Below, piece after piece: positions 1-15,000 of a stretch of 64,000 bases of DNA. The position numbers and the translations under genes are program-made. The stretch lies in assembly GCA_964057225.1 (NCBI GenBank), contig CAXKVF010000094.1:62001-126000 (forward strand). Reading direction: 5' to 3'. The notes beneath the pieces were generated by a model that worked only from the letters and a program-made list of their open reading frames with translations, was not told the DNA's origin and made no database searches. How positions within the stretch are numbered: the stretch's first letter is position 1; every line of letters starts with the position of its first letter. This DNA comes from Auanema rhodensis (taxonomy: Eukaryota > Animalia > Nematoda).

Positions 1-3000
1 TATCTTTCACGTGAAGCGAGTTACATACCAAGTGCACATCACGTGTACATTAAATTAGCATAAATTAAAGTTCACGAAAATTTCAAAGTCATGGTTACCA
101 TGCACCAATATCAATTAAAATTTGTTTTTAGACTAATATGGACATGGGGAATCTAATTTTGTAAACCGCATCTCTTTATCTTTCACGTGAAGCGAGTTAC
201 ATACCAAGTGCACATCACGTGTACATTTAATTAGCATAAATTAAAGTTCACGTAAATTTCAAAGTCATGGTTACCATGCACCAATATCAATAAAAATTTG
301 TTTTTAGACTAATATGGACATGGGGAATCTAATTTTGAAAACCGCATCTCTTTATCTTTCACGTGAAGCGAGTTACATACCAAGTGCACATCACGTGTAC
401 ATTTAATTAGCATAAATTAAAGTTCACATAAATTTCAAAGTCATGGTTACCATGAACCAATATCAATAAAAATTTGTTTTTAGACTAATATGGACATGGG
501 GAATCTAATTTTGAAAACCGCATCTCTTTATCTTTCACGTGAAGCGAGTTACATACCAAGTGCACATCACGTGTACATTTAATTAGCATAAATTAAAGTT
601 CACGTAAATTTCAAAGTCATGGTTACCATGCACCAATATCAATAAAAATTTGTTTTTAGACTAATATGGACATGGGGAATCTAATTTTGAAAACCGCATC
701 TCTTTATCTTTCACGTGAAGCGAGTTACATACCAAGTGCACATCACGTGTACATTTAATTAGCATAAATTAAAGTTCACGTAAATTTCAAAGTCATGGTT
801 ACCATGAAGCAATATCAATAAAAATTTGTTTTTAGACTAATATGGACATGGGGAATCTAATTTTGAAAACCGCATCTCTTTATCTTTCACGTGAAGCGAG
901 TTACATACCAAGTGCACATCACGTGTACATTAAATTAGCATAAATTAAAGTTCACGAAAATTTCAAAGTCATGGTTACCATGCACCAATATCAATTAAAA
1001 TTTGTTTTTAGACTAATATGGACATGGGGAATCTAATTTTGTAAACCGCATCTCTTTATCTTTCACGTGAAGCGAGTTACATACCAAGTGCACATCACGT
1101 GTACATTTAATTAGCATAAATTAAAGTTCACGTAAATTTCAAAGTCATGGTTACCATGCACCAATATCAATAAAAATTTGTTTTTAGACTAATATGGACA
1201 TGGGGAATCTAATTTTGAAAACCGCATCTCTTTATCTTTCACGTGAAGCGAGTTACATACCAAGTGCACATCACGTGTACATTTAATTAGCATAAATTAA
1301 AGTTCACGTAAATTTCAAAGTCATGGTTACCATGAAGCAATATCAATAAAAATTTGTTTTTAGACTAATATGGACATGGGGAATCTAATTTTGAAAACCG
1401 CATCTCTTTATCTTTCACGTGAAGCGAGTTACATACCAAGTGCACATCACGTGTACATTTAATTAGCATAAATTAAAGTTCACGTAAATTTCAAAGTCAT
1501 GGTTACCATGCACCAATATCAATTAAAATTTGTTTTTAGACTAATATGGACATGGGGAATCTAATTTTGTAAACCGCATCTCTTTATCTTTCACGTGAAG
1601 CGAGTTACATACCAAGTGCACATCACGTGTACATTTAATTAGCATAAATTAAAGTTCACGTAAATTTCAAAGTCATGGTTACCATGCACCAATATCAATA
1701 AAAATTGGTTTTTAGACTAATATGGACATGGGGAATCTAATTTTGAAAACCGCATCTCTTTATCTTTCACGTGAAGCGAGTTACATACCAAGTGCACATC
1801 ACGTGTACATTTAATTAGCATAAATTAAAGTTCACGTAAATTTCAAAGTCATGGTTACCATGCACCAATATCAATAAAAATTTGTTTTTAGACTAATATG
1901 GACATGGGGAATCTAATTTTGAAAACCGCATCTCTTTATCTTTCACGTGAAGCGAGTTACATACCAAGTGCACATCACGTGTACATTTAATTAGCATAAA
2001 TTAAAGTTCACGTAAATTTCAAAGTCATGGTTACCATGAACCAATATCAATAAAAATTTGTTTTTAGACTAATATGGACATGGGGAATCTAATTTTGAAA
2101 ACCGCATCTCTTTATCTTTCACGTGAAGCGAGTTACATACCAAGTGCACATCACGTGTACATTTAATTAGCATAAATTAAAGTTCACGAAAATTTCAAAG
2201 TCGTGGTTACCATGCACCAATATCAATAAAAATTCGTTTTTAGACTAATATGGACATGGGGAATCTAATTTTGAAAACCGCATCTCTTTATCTTTCACGT
2301 GAAGCGAGTTACATACCAAGTGCACATCACGTGTACATTTAATTAGCATAAATTAAAGTTCACGTAAATTTCAAAGTCATGGTTACCATGAACCAATATC
2401 AATTAAAATTTGTTTTTAGACTAATATGGACATGGGCAATCTAATTTTGAAAACCGCATCTCTTTATCTTTCACGTGAAGCGAGTTACATACCAAGTGCA
2501 CATCACGTGTACATTTAATTAGCATAAATTAAAGTTCACGTAAATTTCAAAGTCATGGTTACCATGCACCAATATCAATAAAAATTTGTTTTTAGACTAA
2601 TATGGACATGGGGAATCTAATTTTGAAAACCGCATCTCTTTATCTTTCACGTGAAGCGAGTTACATTCCAAGTGCACATCACGTGTACATTTAATTAGCA
2701 TACATTAAAGTTCACGTAAATTTCAAAGTCATGGTTACCATGCACCAATATCAATAAAAATTTGTTTTTAGACTAATATGGACATGGGGAATCTAATTTT
2801 AAAAACCGCATCTCTTTATCTTTCACGTGAAGCGAGTTACATACCAAGTGCACATCACGTGTACATTTAATTAGCATAAATTAAAGTTCACGTAAATTTC
2901 AAAGTCATGGTTACCATGAACCAATATCAATAAAAATTTGTTTTTAGACTAATATGGACATGGGGAATCTAATTTTGAAAACCGCATATCTTTATCTTTC

Positions 3001-6000
3001 ACGTGAAGCGAGTTACATACCAAGTGCACATCACGTGTACATTTAATTAGCATAAATTAAAGTTCACGTAAATTTCAAAGTCATGGTTACCATGAACCAA
3101 TATCAATTAAAATTTGTTTTTAGACTAATATGGACATGGGCAATCTAATTTTGAAAACCGCATCTCTTTATCTTTCACGTGAAGCGAGTTACATACCAAG
3201 TGCACATCACGTGTACATTTAATTAGCATAAATTAAAGTTCACGTAAATTTCAAAGTCATGGTTACCATGCACCAATATCAATAAAAATTTGTTTTTAGA
3301 CTAATATGGACATGGGGAATCTAATTTTGAAAACCGCATATCTTTATCTTTCACGTGAAGCGAGTTACATACCAAGTGCACATCACGTGTACATTTAATT
3401 AGCATAAATTAAAGTTCACGTAAATTTCAAAGTCATGGTTACCATGAACCAATATCAATTAAAATTTGTTTTTAGACTAATATGGACATGGGCAATCTAA
3501 TTTTGAAAACCGCATCTCTTTATCTTTCACGTGAAGCGAGTTACATACCAAGTGCACATCACGTGTACATTTAATTAGCATAAATTAAAGTTCACGTAAA
3601 TTTCAAAGTCATGGTTACCATGCACCAATATCAATAAAAATTTGTTTTTAGACTAATATGGACATGGGGAATCTAATTTTGAAAACCGCATCTCTTTATC
3701 TTTCACGTGAAGCGAGTTACATTCCAAGTGCACATCACGTGTACATTTAATTAGCATACATTAAAGTTCACGTAAATTTCAAAGTCATGGTTACCATGCA
3801 CCAATATCAATAAAAATTTGTTTTTAGACTAATATGGACATGGGGAATCTAATTTTGAAAACCGCATCTCTTCATCTTTCACGTGAAGCGAGTTACATAC
3901 CAAGTGCACATCACGTGTACATTTAATTAGCATAAATTAAAGTTCACGTAAATTTCAAAGTCATGGTTACCATGCACCAATATCAATAAAAATTTGTTTT
4001 TAGACTAATATGGACATGGGGAATCTAATTTTGAAAACCGCATCTCTTTATCTTTCACGTGAAGCGAGTTACATACCAAGTGCACATCACGTGTACATTT
4101 AATTAGCATAAATTAAAGTTCACGTAAATTTCAAAGTCATGGTTACCATGAACCAATATCAATAAAAATTTGTTTTTAGACTAATATGGACATGGGGAAT
4201 CTAATTTTGAAAACCGCATATCTTTATCTTTCACGTGAAGCGAGTTACATACCAAGTGCACATCACGTGTACATTTAATTAGCATAAATTAAAGTTCACG
4301 TAAATTTCAAAGTCGTGGTTACCATGCACCAATATCAATAAAAATTCGTTTTTAGACTAATATGGACATGGGGAATCTAATTTTGAAAACCGCATCTCTT
4401 TATCTTTCACGTGAAGCGAGTTACATACCAAGTGCACATCACGTGTACATTTAATTAGCATAAATTAAAGTTCACGTAAATTTCAAAGTCATGGTTACCA
4501 TGCACCAATATCAATAAAAATTTGTTTTTAGACTAATATGGACATGGGGAATCTAATTTTGAAAACCGCATCTCTTTATCTTTCACGTGAAGCGAGTTAC
4601 ATACCAAGTGCACATCACGTGTACATTTAATTAGCATAAATTAAAGTTCACGTAAATTTCAAAGTCATGGTTACCATGAACCAATATCAATTAAAATTTG
4701 TTTTTAGACTAATATGGACATGGGGAATCTAATTTTGAAAACCGCATCTCTTTATCTTTCACGTGAAGCGAGTTACATACCAAGTGCACATCACGTGTAC
4801 ATTTAATTAGCATAAATTAAAGTTCACGTAAATTTCAAAGTCATGGTTACCATGAACCAATATCAATAAAAATTTGTTTTTAGACTAATATGGACATGGG
4901 GAATCTAATTTTGAAAACCGCATCTCTTTATCTTTCACGTGAAGCGAGTTACATACCAAGTGCACATCACGTGTACATTTAATTAGCATAAATTAAAGTT
5001 CACGTAAATTTCAAAGTCGTGGTTACCATGCACCAATATCAATAAAAATTCGTTTTTAGACTAATATGGACATGGGGAATCTAATTTTGAAAACCGCATC
5101 TCTTTATCTTTCACGTGAAGCGAGTTACATACCAAGTGCACATCACGTCTAAATTTAATTAGCATAAATTAAAGTTCACGAAAATTTCAAAGTCATGGTT
5201 ACCATGAACCAATATCAATAAAAATTTGTTTTTAGACTAATATGGACATGGGCAATCTAATTTTGAAAACCGCATCTCTTTATCTTTCACGTGAAGCGAG
5301 TTACATACCAAGTGCACATCACGTGTACATTTAATTAGCATAAATTAAAGTTCACGTAAATTTCAAAGTCATGGTTACCATGCACCAATATCAATAAAAA
5401 TTTGTTTTTAGACTAATATGGACATGGGGAATCTAATTTTGAAAACCGCATCTCTTCATCTTTCACGTGAAGCGAGTTACATACCAAGTGCACATCACGT
5501 GTACATTTAATTAGCATTAATTAAAGTTCACGTAAATTTCAAAGTCATGGTTACCATGAACCAATATCAATAAAAATTTGTTTTTAGACTAATATGGACA
5601 TGGGGAATCTAATTTTAAAAACCGCATCTCTTTATCTTTCACGTGAAGCGAGTTACATACCAAGTGCACATCACGTGTACATTTAATTAGCATAAATTAA
5701 AGTTCACGTAAATTTCAAAGTCATGGTTACCATGCACCAATATCAATAAAAATTTGTTTTTAGACTAATATGGACATGGGGAATCTAATTTTGAAAACCG
5801 CATCTCTTCATATTTCACGTGAAGCGAGTTACATACCAAGTGCACATCACGTCTAAATTTAATTAGCATAAATTAAAGTTCACGAAAATTTCAAAGTCAT
5901 GGTTACCATGAACCAATATCAATAAAAATTTGTTTTTAGACTAATATGGACATGGGCAATCTAATTTTGAAAACCGCATCTCTTTATCTTTCACGTGAAG

Positions 6001-9000
6001 CGAGTTACATACCAAGTGCACATCACGTGTACATTTAATTAGCATAAATTAAAGTTCACGTAAATTTCAAAGTCATGGTTACCATGCACCAATATCAATA
6101 AAAATTTGTTTTTAGACTAATATGGACATGGGGAATCTAATTTTGAAAACCGCATCTCTTCATCTTTCACGTGAAGCGAGTTACATACCAAGTGCACATC
6201 ACGTGTACATTTAATTAGCATAAATTAAAGTTCACGTAAATTTCAAAGTCATGGTTACCATGAACCAATATCAATAAAAATTTGTTTTTAGACTAATATG
6301 GACATGGGGAATCTAATTTTAAAAACCGCATCTCTTTATCTTTCACGTGAAGCGAGTTACATACCAAGTGCACATCACGTGTACATTTAATTAGCATAAA
6401 TTAAAGTTCACGTAAAATTCAAAGTCATGGTTACCATGCACCAATATCAATAAAAATTTGTTTTTAGACTAATATGGACATGGGGAATCTAATTTTGAAA
6501 ACCGCATCTCTTTATCTTTCACGTGAAGCGAGTTACATACCAAGTGCACATCACGTGTACATTTAATTAGCATAAATTAAAGTTCACGTAAATTTCAAAG
6601 TCATGGTTACCATGCACCAATATCAATAAAAATTTGTTTTTAGACTAATATGGACATGGGGAATCTAATTTTGAAAACCGCATCTCTTTATCTTTCACGT
6701 GAAGCGAGTTACATACCAAGTGCACATCACGTGTACATTTAATTAGCATAAATTAAAGTTCACGTAAATTTCAAAGTCATGGTTACCATGAAGCAATATC
6801 AATAAAAATTTGTTTTTAGACTAATATGGACATGGGGAATCTAATTTTGAAAACCGCATCTCTTTATCTTTCACGTGAAGCGAGTTACATACCAAGTGCA
6901 CATCACGTGTACATTTAATTAGCATAAATTAAAGTTCACGTAAATTTCAAAGTCATGGTTACCATGAACCAATATCAATAAAAATTTGTTTTTAGACTAA
7001 TATGGACATGGGGAATCTAATTTTGAAAACCGCATCTCTTTATCTTTCACGTGAAGCGAGTTACATACCAAGTGCACATCACGTGTACATTTAATTAGCA
7101 TAAATTAAAGTTCACGTAAATTTCAAAGTCATGGTTACCATGCACCAATATCAATAAAAATTTGTTTTTAGACTAATATGGACATGGGGAATCTAATTTT
7201 GAAAACCGCATCTCTTTATCTTTCACGTGAAGCGAGTTACATACCAAGTGCACATCACGTGTACATTTAATTAGCATAAATTAAAGTTCACGTAAATTTC
7301 AAAGTCATGGTTACCATGCACCAATATCAATAAAAATTTGTTTTTAGACTAATATGGACATGGGGAATCTAATTTTGAAAACCGCATCTCTTTATCTTTC
7401 ACGTGAAGCGAGTTACATACCAAGTGCACATCACGTGTACATTTAATTAGCATAAATTAAAGTTCACGTAAATTTCAAAGTCATGGTTACCATGAAGCAA
7501 TATCAATAAAAATTTGTTTTTAGACTAATATGGACATGGGGAATCTAATTTTGAAAACCGCATCTCTTTATCTTTTACGTGAAGCGAGTTACATACCAAG
7601 TGCACATCACGTGTACATTTAATTAGCATAAATTAAAGTTCACGTAAATTTCAAAGTCATGGTTACCATGCACCAATATCAATAAAAATTTGTTTTTAGA
7701 CTAATATGGACATGGGGAATCTAATTTTGAAAACCGCATCTCTTTATCTTTCACGTGAAGCGAGTTACATACCAAGTGCACATCACGTGTACATTTAATT
7801 AGCATAAATTAAAGTTCACGTAAATTTCAAAGTCATGGTTACCATGAACCAATATCAATAAAAATTTGTTTTTAGACTAATATGGACATGGGGAATCTAA
7901 TTTTGAAAACCGCATCTCTTTATCTTTCACGTGAAGCGAGTTACATACCAAGTGCACATCACGTGTACATTTAATTAGCATAAATTAAAGTTCACGTAAA
8001 ATTCAAAGTCATGGTTACCATGCACCAATATCAATAAAAATTTGTTTTTAGACTAATATGGACATGGGGAATCTAATTTTGAAAACCGCATCTCTTTATC
8101 TTTTACGTGAAGCGAGTTACATACCAAGTGCACATCACGTGTACATTTAATTAGCATAAATTAAAGTTCACGTAAATTTCAAAGTCATGGTTACCATGAA
8201 CCAATATCAATAAAAATTTGTTTTTAGACTAATATGGACATGGGGAATCTAATTTTGAAAACCGCATCTCTTTATCTTTCACGTGAAGCGAGTTACATAC
8301 CAAGTGCACATCACGTGTACATTTAATTAGCATAAATTAAAGTTCACGTAAATTTCAAAGTCATGGTTACCATGAACCAATATCAATAAAAATTTGTTTT
8401 TAGACTAATATGGACATGGGGAATCTAATTTTGAAAACCGCATCTCTTTATCTTTCACGTGAAGCGAGTTACATACCAAGTGCACATCACGTGTACATTT
8501 AATTAGCATAAATTAAAGTTCACGTAAATTTCAAAGTCATGGTTACCATGAAGCAATATCAATAAAAATTTGTTTTTAGACTAATATGGACATGTGGAAT
8601 CTAATTTTGAAAACCGCATCTCTTTATCTTTCACGTGAAGCGAGTTACATACCAAGTGCACATCACGTGTACATTTAATTAGCATAAATTAAAGTTCACG
8701 TAAAATTCAAAGTCATGGTTACCATGAACCAATATCAATAAAAATTTGTTTTTAGACTAATATGGACATGGGGAATCTAATTTTGAAAACCGCATCTCTT
8801 TATCTTTCACGTGAAGCGAGTTACATACCAAGTGCACATCACGTGTACATTTAATTAGCATAAATTAAAGTTCACGTAAATTTCAAAGTCATGGTTACCA
8901 TGAACCAATATCAATAAAAATTTGTTTTTAGACTAATATGGACATGGGGAATCTAATTTTGAAAACCGCATCTCTTTATCTTTCACGTGAAGCGAGTTAC

Positions 9001-12000
9001 ATACCAAGTGCACATCACGTGTACATTTAATTAGCATAAATTAAAGTTCACGTAAATTTCAAAGTCATGGTTACCATGAACCAATATCAATAAAAATTTG
9101 TTTTTAGACTAATATGGACATGGGGAATCTAATTTTGAAAACCGCATCTCTTTATCTTTCACGTGAAGCGAGTTACATACCAAGTGCACATCACGTGTAC
9201 ATTTAATTAGCATAAATTAAAGTTCACGTAAATTTCAAAGTCATGGTTACCATGAACCAATATCAATAAAAATTTGTTTTTAGACTAATATGGACATGGG
9301 GAATCTAATTTTGAAAACCGCATCTCTTTATCTTTCACGTGAAGCGAGTTACATACCAAGTGCACATCACGTGTACATTTAATTAGCATAAATTAAAGTT
9401 CACGTAAATTTCAAAGTCATGGTTACCATGCACCAATATCAATAAAAATTTGTTTTTAGACTAATATGGACATGGGGAATCTAATTTTGAAAACCGCATC
9501 TCTTTATCTTTCACGTGAAGCGAGTTACATACCAAGTGCACATCACGTGTACATTTAATTAGCATAAATTAAAGTTCACGTAAATTTCAAAGTCATGGTT
9601 ACCATGAAGCAATATCAATAAAAATTTGTTTTTAGACTAATATGGAAATGGGGAATCTAATTTTGAAAACCGCATCTCTTTATCTTTCACGTGAAGCGAG
9701 TTACATACCAAGTGCACATCACGTGTACATTTAATTAGCATAAATTAAAGTTCACGTAAATTTCAAAGTCATGGTTACCATGCACCAATATCAATAAAAA
9801 TTTGTTTTTAGACTAATATGGACATGGGGAATCTAATTTTGTAAACCGCATCTCTTTATCTTTCACGTGAAGCGAGTTACATACCAAGTGCACATCACGT
9901 GTACATTTAATTAGCATAAATTAAAGTTCACGTAAATTTCAAAGTCATGGTTACCATGCACCAATATCAATAAAAATTGGTTTTTAGACTAATATGGACA
10001 TGGGGAATCTAATTTTGAAAACCGCATCTCTTTATCTTTCACGTGAAGCGAGTTACATACCAAGTGCACATCACGTGTACATTTAATTAGCATAAATTAA
10101 AGTTCACGTAAATTTCAAAGTCATGGTTACCATGCACCAATATCAATAAAAATTTGTTTTTAGACTAATATGGACATGGGGAATCTAATTGTGAAAACCG
10201 CATCTCTTTATCTTTCACGTGAAGCGAGTTACATACCAAGTGCACATCACGTGTACATTTAATTAGCATAAATTAAAGTTCACGTAAATTTCAAAGTCAT
10301 GGTTACCATGCACCAATATCAATAAAAATTTGTTTTTAGACTAATATGGACATGGGGAATCTAATTGTGAAAACCGCATCTCTTTATCTTTCACGTGAAG
10401 CGAGTTACATACCAAGTGCACATCACGTGTACATTTAATTAGCATAAATTAAAGTTCACGTAAATTTCAAAGTCATGGTTACCATGAACCAATATCAATA
10501 AAAATTTGTTTTTAGACTAATATGGACATGGGGAATCTAATTTTGAAAACCGCATCTCTTTATCTTTCACGTGAAGCGAGTTACATACCAAGTGCACATC
10601 ACGTGTACATTTAATTAGCATAAATTAAAGTTCACGTAAATTTCAAAGTCATGGTTACCATGAAGCAATATCAATAAAAATTTGTTTTTAGACTAATATG
10701 GACATGGGGAATCTAATTTTGAAAACCGCATCTCTTTATCTTTCACGTGAAGCGAGTTACATACCAAGTGCACATCACGTGTACATTTAATTAGCATAAA
10801 TTAAAGTTCACGTAAATTTCAAAGTCATGGTTACCATGCACCAATATCAATAAAAATTTGTTTTTAGACTAATATGGACATGGGGAATCTAATTTTGAAA
10901 ACCGCATCTCTTTATCTTTCACGTGAAGCGAGTTACATACCAAGTGCACATCACGTGTACATTTAATTAGCATAAATTAAAGTTCACGAAAATTTCAAAG
11001 TCGTGGTTACCATGCACCAATATCAATAAAAATTCGTTTTTAGACTAATATGGACATGGGGAATCTAATTTTGAAAACCGCATCTCTTTATCTTTCACGT
11101 GAAGCGAGTTACATACCAAGTGCACATCACGTGTACATTTAATTAGCATAAATTAAAGTTCACGTAAATTTCAAAGTCATGGTTACCATGAACCAATATC
11201 AATAAAAATTTGTTTTTAGACTAATATGGACATGGGGAATCTAATTTTGAAAACCGCATCTCTTTATCTTTCACGTGAAGCGAGTTACATACCAAGTGCA
11301 CATCACGTGTACATTAAATTAGCATAAATTAAAGTTCACGTAAATTTCAAAGTCATGGTTACCATGAACCAATATCAATAAAAATTTGTTTTTAGACTAA
11401 TATGGACATGGGGAATCTAATTTTGAAAACCGCATCTCTTTATCTTTCACGTGAAGCGAGTTACATACCAAGTGCACATCACGTGTACATTTAATTAGCA
11501 TAAATTAAAGTTCACGTAAATTTCAAAGTCATGGTTACCATGCACCAATATCAATAAAAATTTGTTTTTAGACTAATATGGACATGGGGAATCTAATTTT
11601 GAAAACCGCATCTCTTTATCTTTCACGTGAAGCGAGTTACATACCAAGTGCACATCACGTGTACATTTAATTAGCATAAATTAAAGTTCACGTAAATTTC
11701 AAAGTCATGGTTACCATGAACCAATATCAATAAAAATTTGTTTTTAGACTAATATGGACATGGGGAATCTAATTTTGGAAACCGCATCTCTTTATCTTTC
11801 ACGTGAAGCGAGTTACATACCAAGTGCACATCACGTATACATTTAATTAGCATAAATTAAAGTTCACGTAAATTTCAAAGTCATGGTTACCATGAACCAA
11901 TATCAATAAAAATTTGTTTTTAGACTAATATGGACATGGGGAATCTAATTTTGAAAACCCCATCTCTTTATCTTTCACGTGAAGCGAGTTACATACCAAG

Positions 12001-15000
12001 TGCACATCACGTATACATTTAATTAGCATAAATTAAAGTTCACGTAAATTTCAAAGTCATGGTTACCATGAACCAATATCAATAAAAATTTGTTTTTAGA
12101 CTAATATGGACATGGGGAATCTAATTTTGAAAACCGCATCTCTTTATCTTTCACGTGAAGCGAGTTACATACCAAGTGCACATCACGTGTACATTTAATT
12201 AGCATAAATTAAAGTTCACGTAAATTTCAAAGTCATGGTTACCATGAACCAATATCAATAAAAATTTGTTTTTAGACTAATATGGACATGGGGAATCTAA
12301 TTTTGAAAACCGCATCTCTTTATCTTTCACGTGAAGCGAGTTACATACCAAGTGCACATCACGTGTACATTTAATTAGCATAAATTAAAGTTCACATAAA
12401 TTTCAAAGTCATGGTTACCATGAACCAATATCAATAAAAATTTGTTTTTAGACTAATATGGACATGGGGAATCTAATTTTGAAAACCGCATCTCTTTATC
12501 TTTCACGTGAAGCGAGTTACATACCAAGTGCACATCACGTGTACATTTAATTAGCATAAATTAAAGTTCACGTAAATTTCAAAGTCATGGTTACCATGCA
12601 CCAATATCAATAAAAATTTGTTTTTAGACTAATATGGACATGGGGAATCTAATTTTGAAAACCGCATCTCTTTATCTTTCACGTGAAGCGAGTTACATAC
12701 CAAGTGCACATCACGTGTACATTTAATTAGCATAAATTAAAGTTCACGTAAATTTCAAAGTCATGGTTACCATGAAGCAATATCAATAAAAATTTGTTTT
12801 TAGACTAATATGGACATGGGGAATCTAATTTTGAAAACCGCATCTCTTTATCTTTCACGTGAAGCGAGTTACATACCAAGTGCACATCACGTGTACATTA
12901 AATTAGCATAAATTAAAGTTCACGTAAATTTCAAAGTCATGGTTACCATGCACCAATATCAATAAAAATTTGTTTTTAGACTAATATGGACATGGGGGAT
13001 CTAATTTTGAAAACCGCATCTCTTTATCTTTTACGTGAAGCGAGTTACATACCAAGTGCACATCACGTGTACATTTAATTAGCATAAATTAAAGTTCACG
13101 TAAATTTCAAAGTCATGGTTACCATGAACCAATATCAATAAAAATTTGTTTTTAGACTAATATGGACATGGGGAATCTAATTTTGAAAACCGCATCTCTT
13201 TATCTTTCACGTGAAGCGAGTTACATACCAAGTGCACATCACGTGTACATTTAATTAGCATAAATTAAAGTTCACGTAAATTTCAAAGTCATGGTTACCA
13301 TGCACCAATATCAATAAAAATTTGTTTTTAGACTAATATGGACATGGGGAATCTAATTTTGTAAACCGCATCTCTTTATCTTTCACGTGAAGCGAGTTAC
13401 ATACCAAGTGCACATCACGTGTACATTTAATTAGCATAAATTAAAGTTCACGTAAATTTCAAAGTCATGGTTACCATGCACCAATATCAATAAAAATTGG
13501 TTTTTAGACTAATATGGACATGGGGAATCTAATTTTGAAAACCGCATCTCTTTATCTTTCACGTGAAGCGAGTTACATACCAAGTGCACATCACGTGTAC
13601 ATTTAATTAGCATAAATTAAAGTTCACGTAAATTTCAAAGTCATGGTTACCATGCACCAATATCAATAAAAATTTGTTTTTAGACTAATATGGACATGGG
13701 GAATCTAATTTTGAAAACCGCATCTCTTTATCTTTCACGTGAAGCGAGTTACATACCAAGTGCACATCACGTGTACATTTAATTAGCATAAATTAAAGTT
13801 CACGTAAATTTCAAAGTCATGGTTACCATGAACCAATATCAATAAAAATTTGTTTTTAGACTAATATGGACATGGGGAATCTAATTTTGAAAACCGCATC
13901 TCTTTATCTTTCACGTGAAGCGAGTTACATACCAAGTGCACATCACGTGTACATTTAATTAGCATAAATTAAAGTTCACGAAAATTTCAAAGTCGTGGTT
14001 ACCATGCACCAATATCAATAAAAATTCGTTTTTAGACTAATATGGACATGGGGAATCTAATTTTGAAAACCGCATCTCTTTATCTTTCACGTGAAGCGAG
14101 TTACATACCAAGTGCACATCACGTGTACATTTAATTAGCATAAATTAAAGTTCACGTAAATTTCAAAGTCATGGTTACCATGAACCAATATCAATTAAAA
14201 TTTGTTTTTAGACTAATATGGACATGGGCAATCTAATTTTGAAAACCGCATCTCTTTATCTTTCACGTGAAGCGAGTTACATACCAAGTGCACATCACGT
14301 GTACATTTAATTAGCATAAATTAAAGTTCACGTAAATTTCAAAGTCATGGTTACCATGCACCAATATCAATAAAAATTTGTTTTTAGACTAATATGGACA
14401 TGGGGAATCTAATTTTGAAAACCGCATCTCTTTATCTTTCACGTGAAGCGAGTTACATTCCAAGTGCACATCACGTGTACATTTAATTAGCATACATTAA
14501 AGTTCACGTAAATTTCAAAGTCATGGTTACCATGCACCAATATCAATAAAAATTTGTTTTTAGACTAATATGGACATGGGGAATCTAATTTTGAAAACCG
14601 CATCTCTTCATCTTTCACGTGAAGCGAGTTACATACCAAGTGCACATCACGTGTACATTTAATTAGCATAAATTAAAGTTCACGTAAATTTCAAAGTCAT
14701 GGTTACCATGCACCAATATCAATAAAAATTTGTTTTTAGACTAATATGGACATGGGGAATCTAATTTTAAAAACCGCATCTCTTTATCTTTCACGTGAAG
14801 CGAGTTACATACCAAGTGCACATCACGTGTACATTTAATTAGCATAAATTAAAGTTCACGTAAATTTCAAAGTCATGGTTACCATGAACCAATATCAATA
14901 AAAATTTGTTTTTAGACTAATATGGACATGGGGAATCTAATTTTGAAAACCGCATATCTTTATCTTTCACGTGAAGCGAGTTACATACCAAGTGCACATC

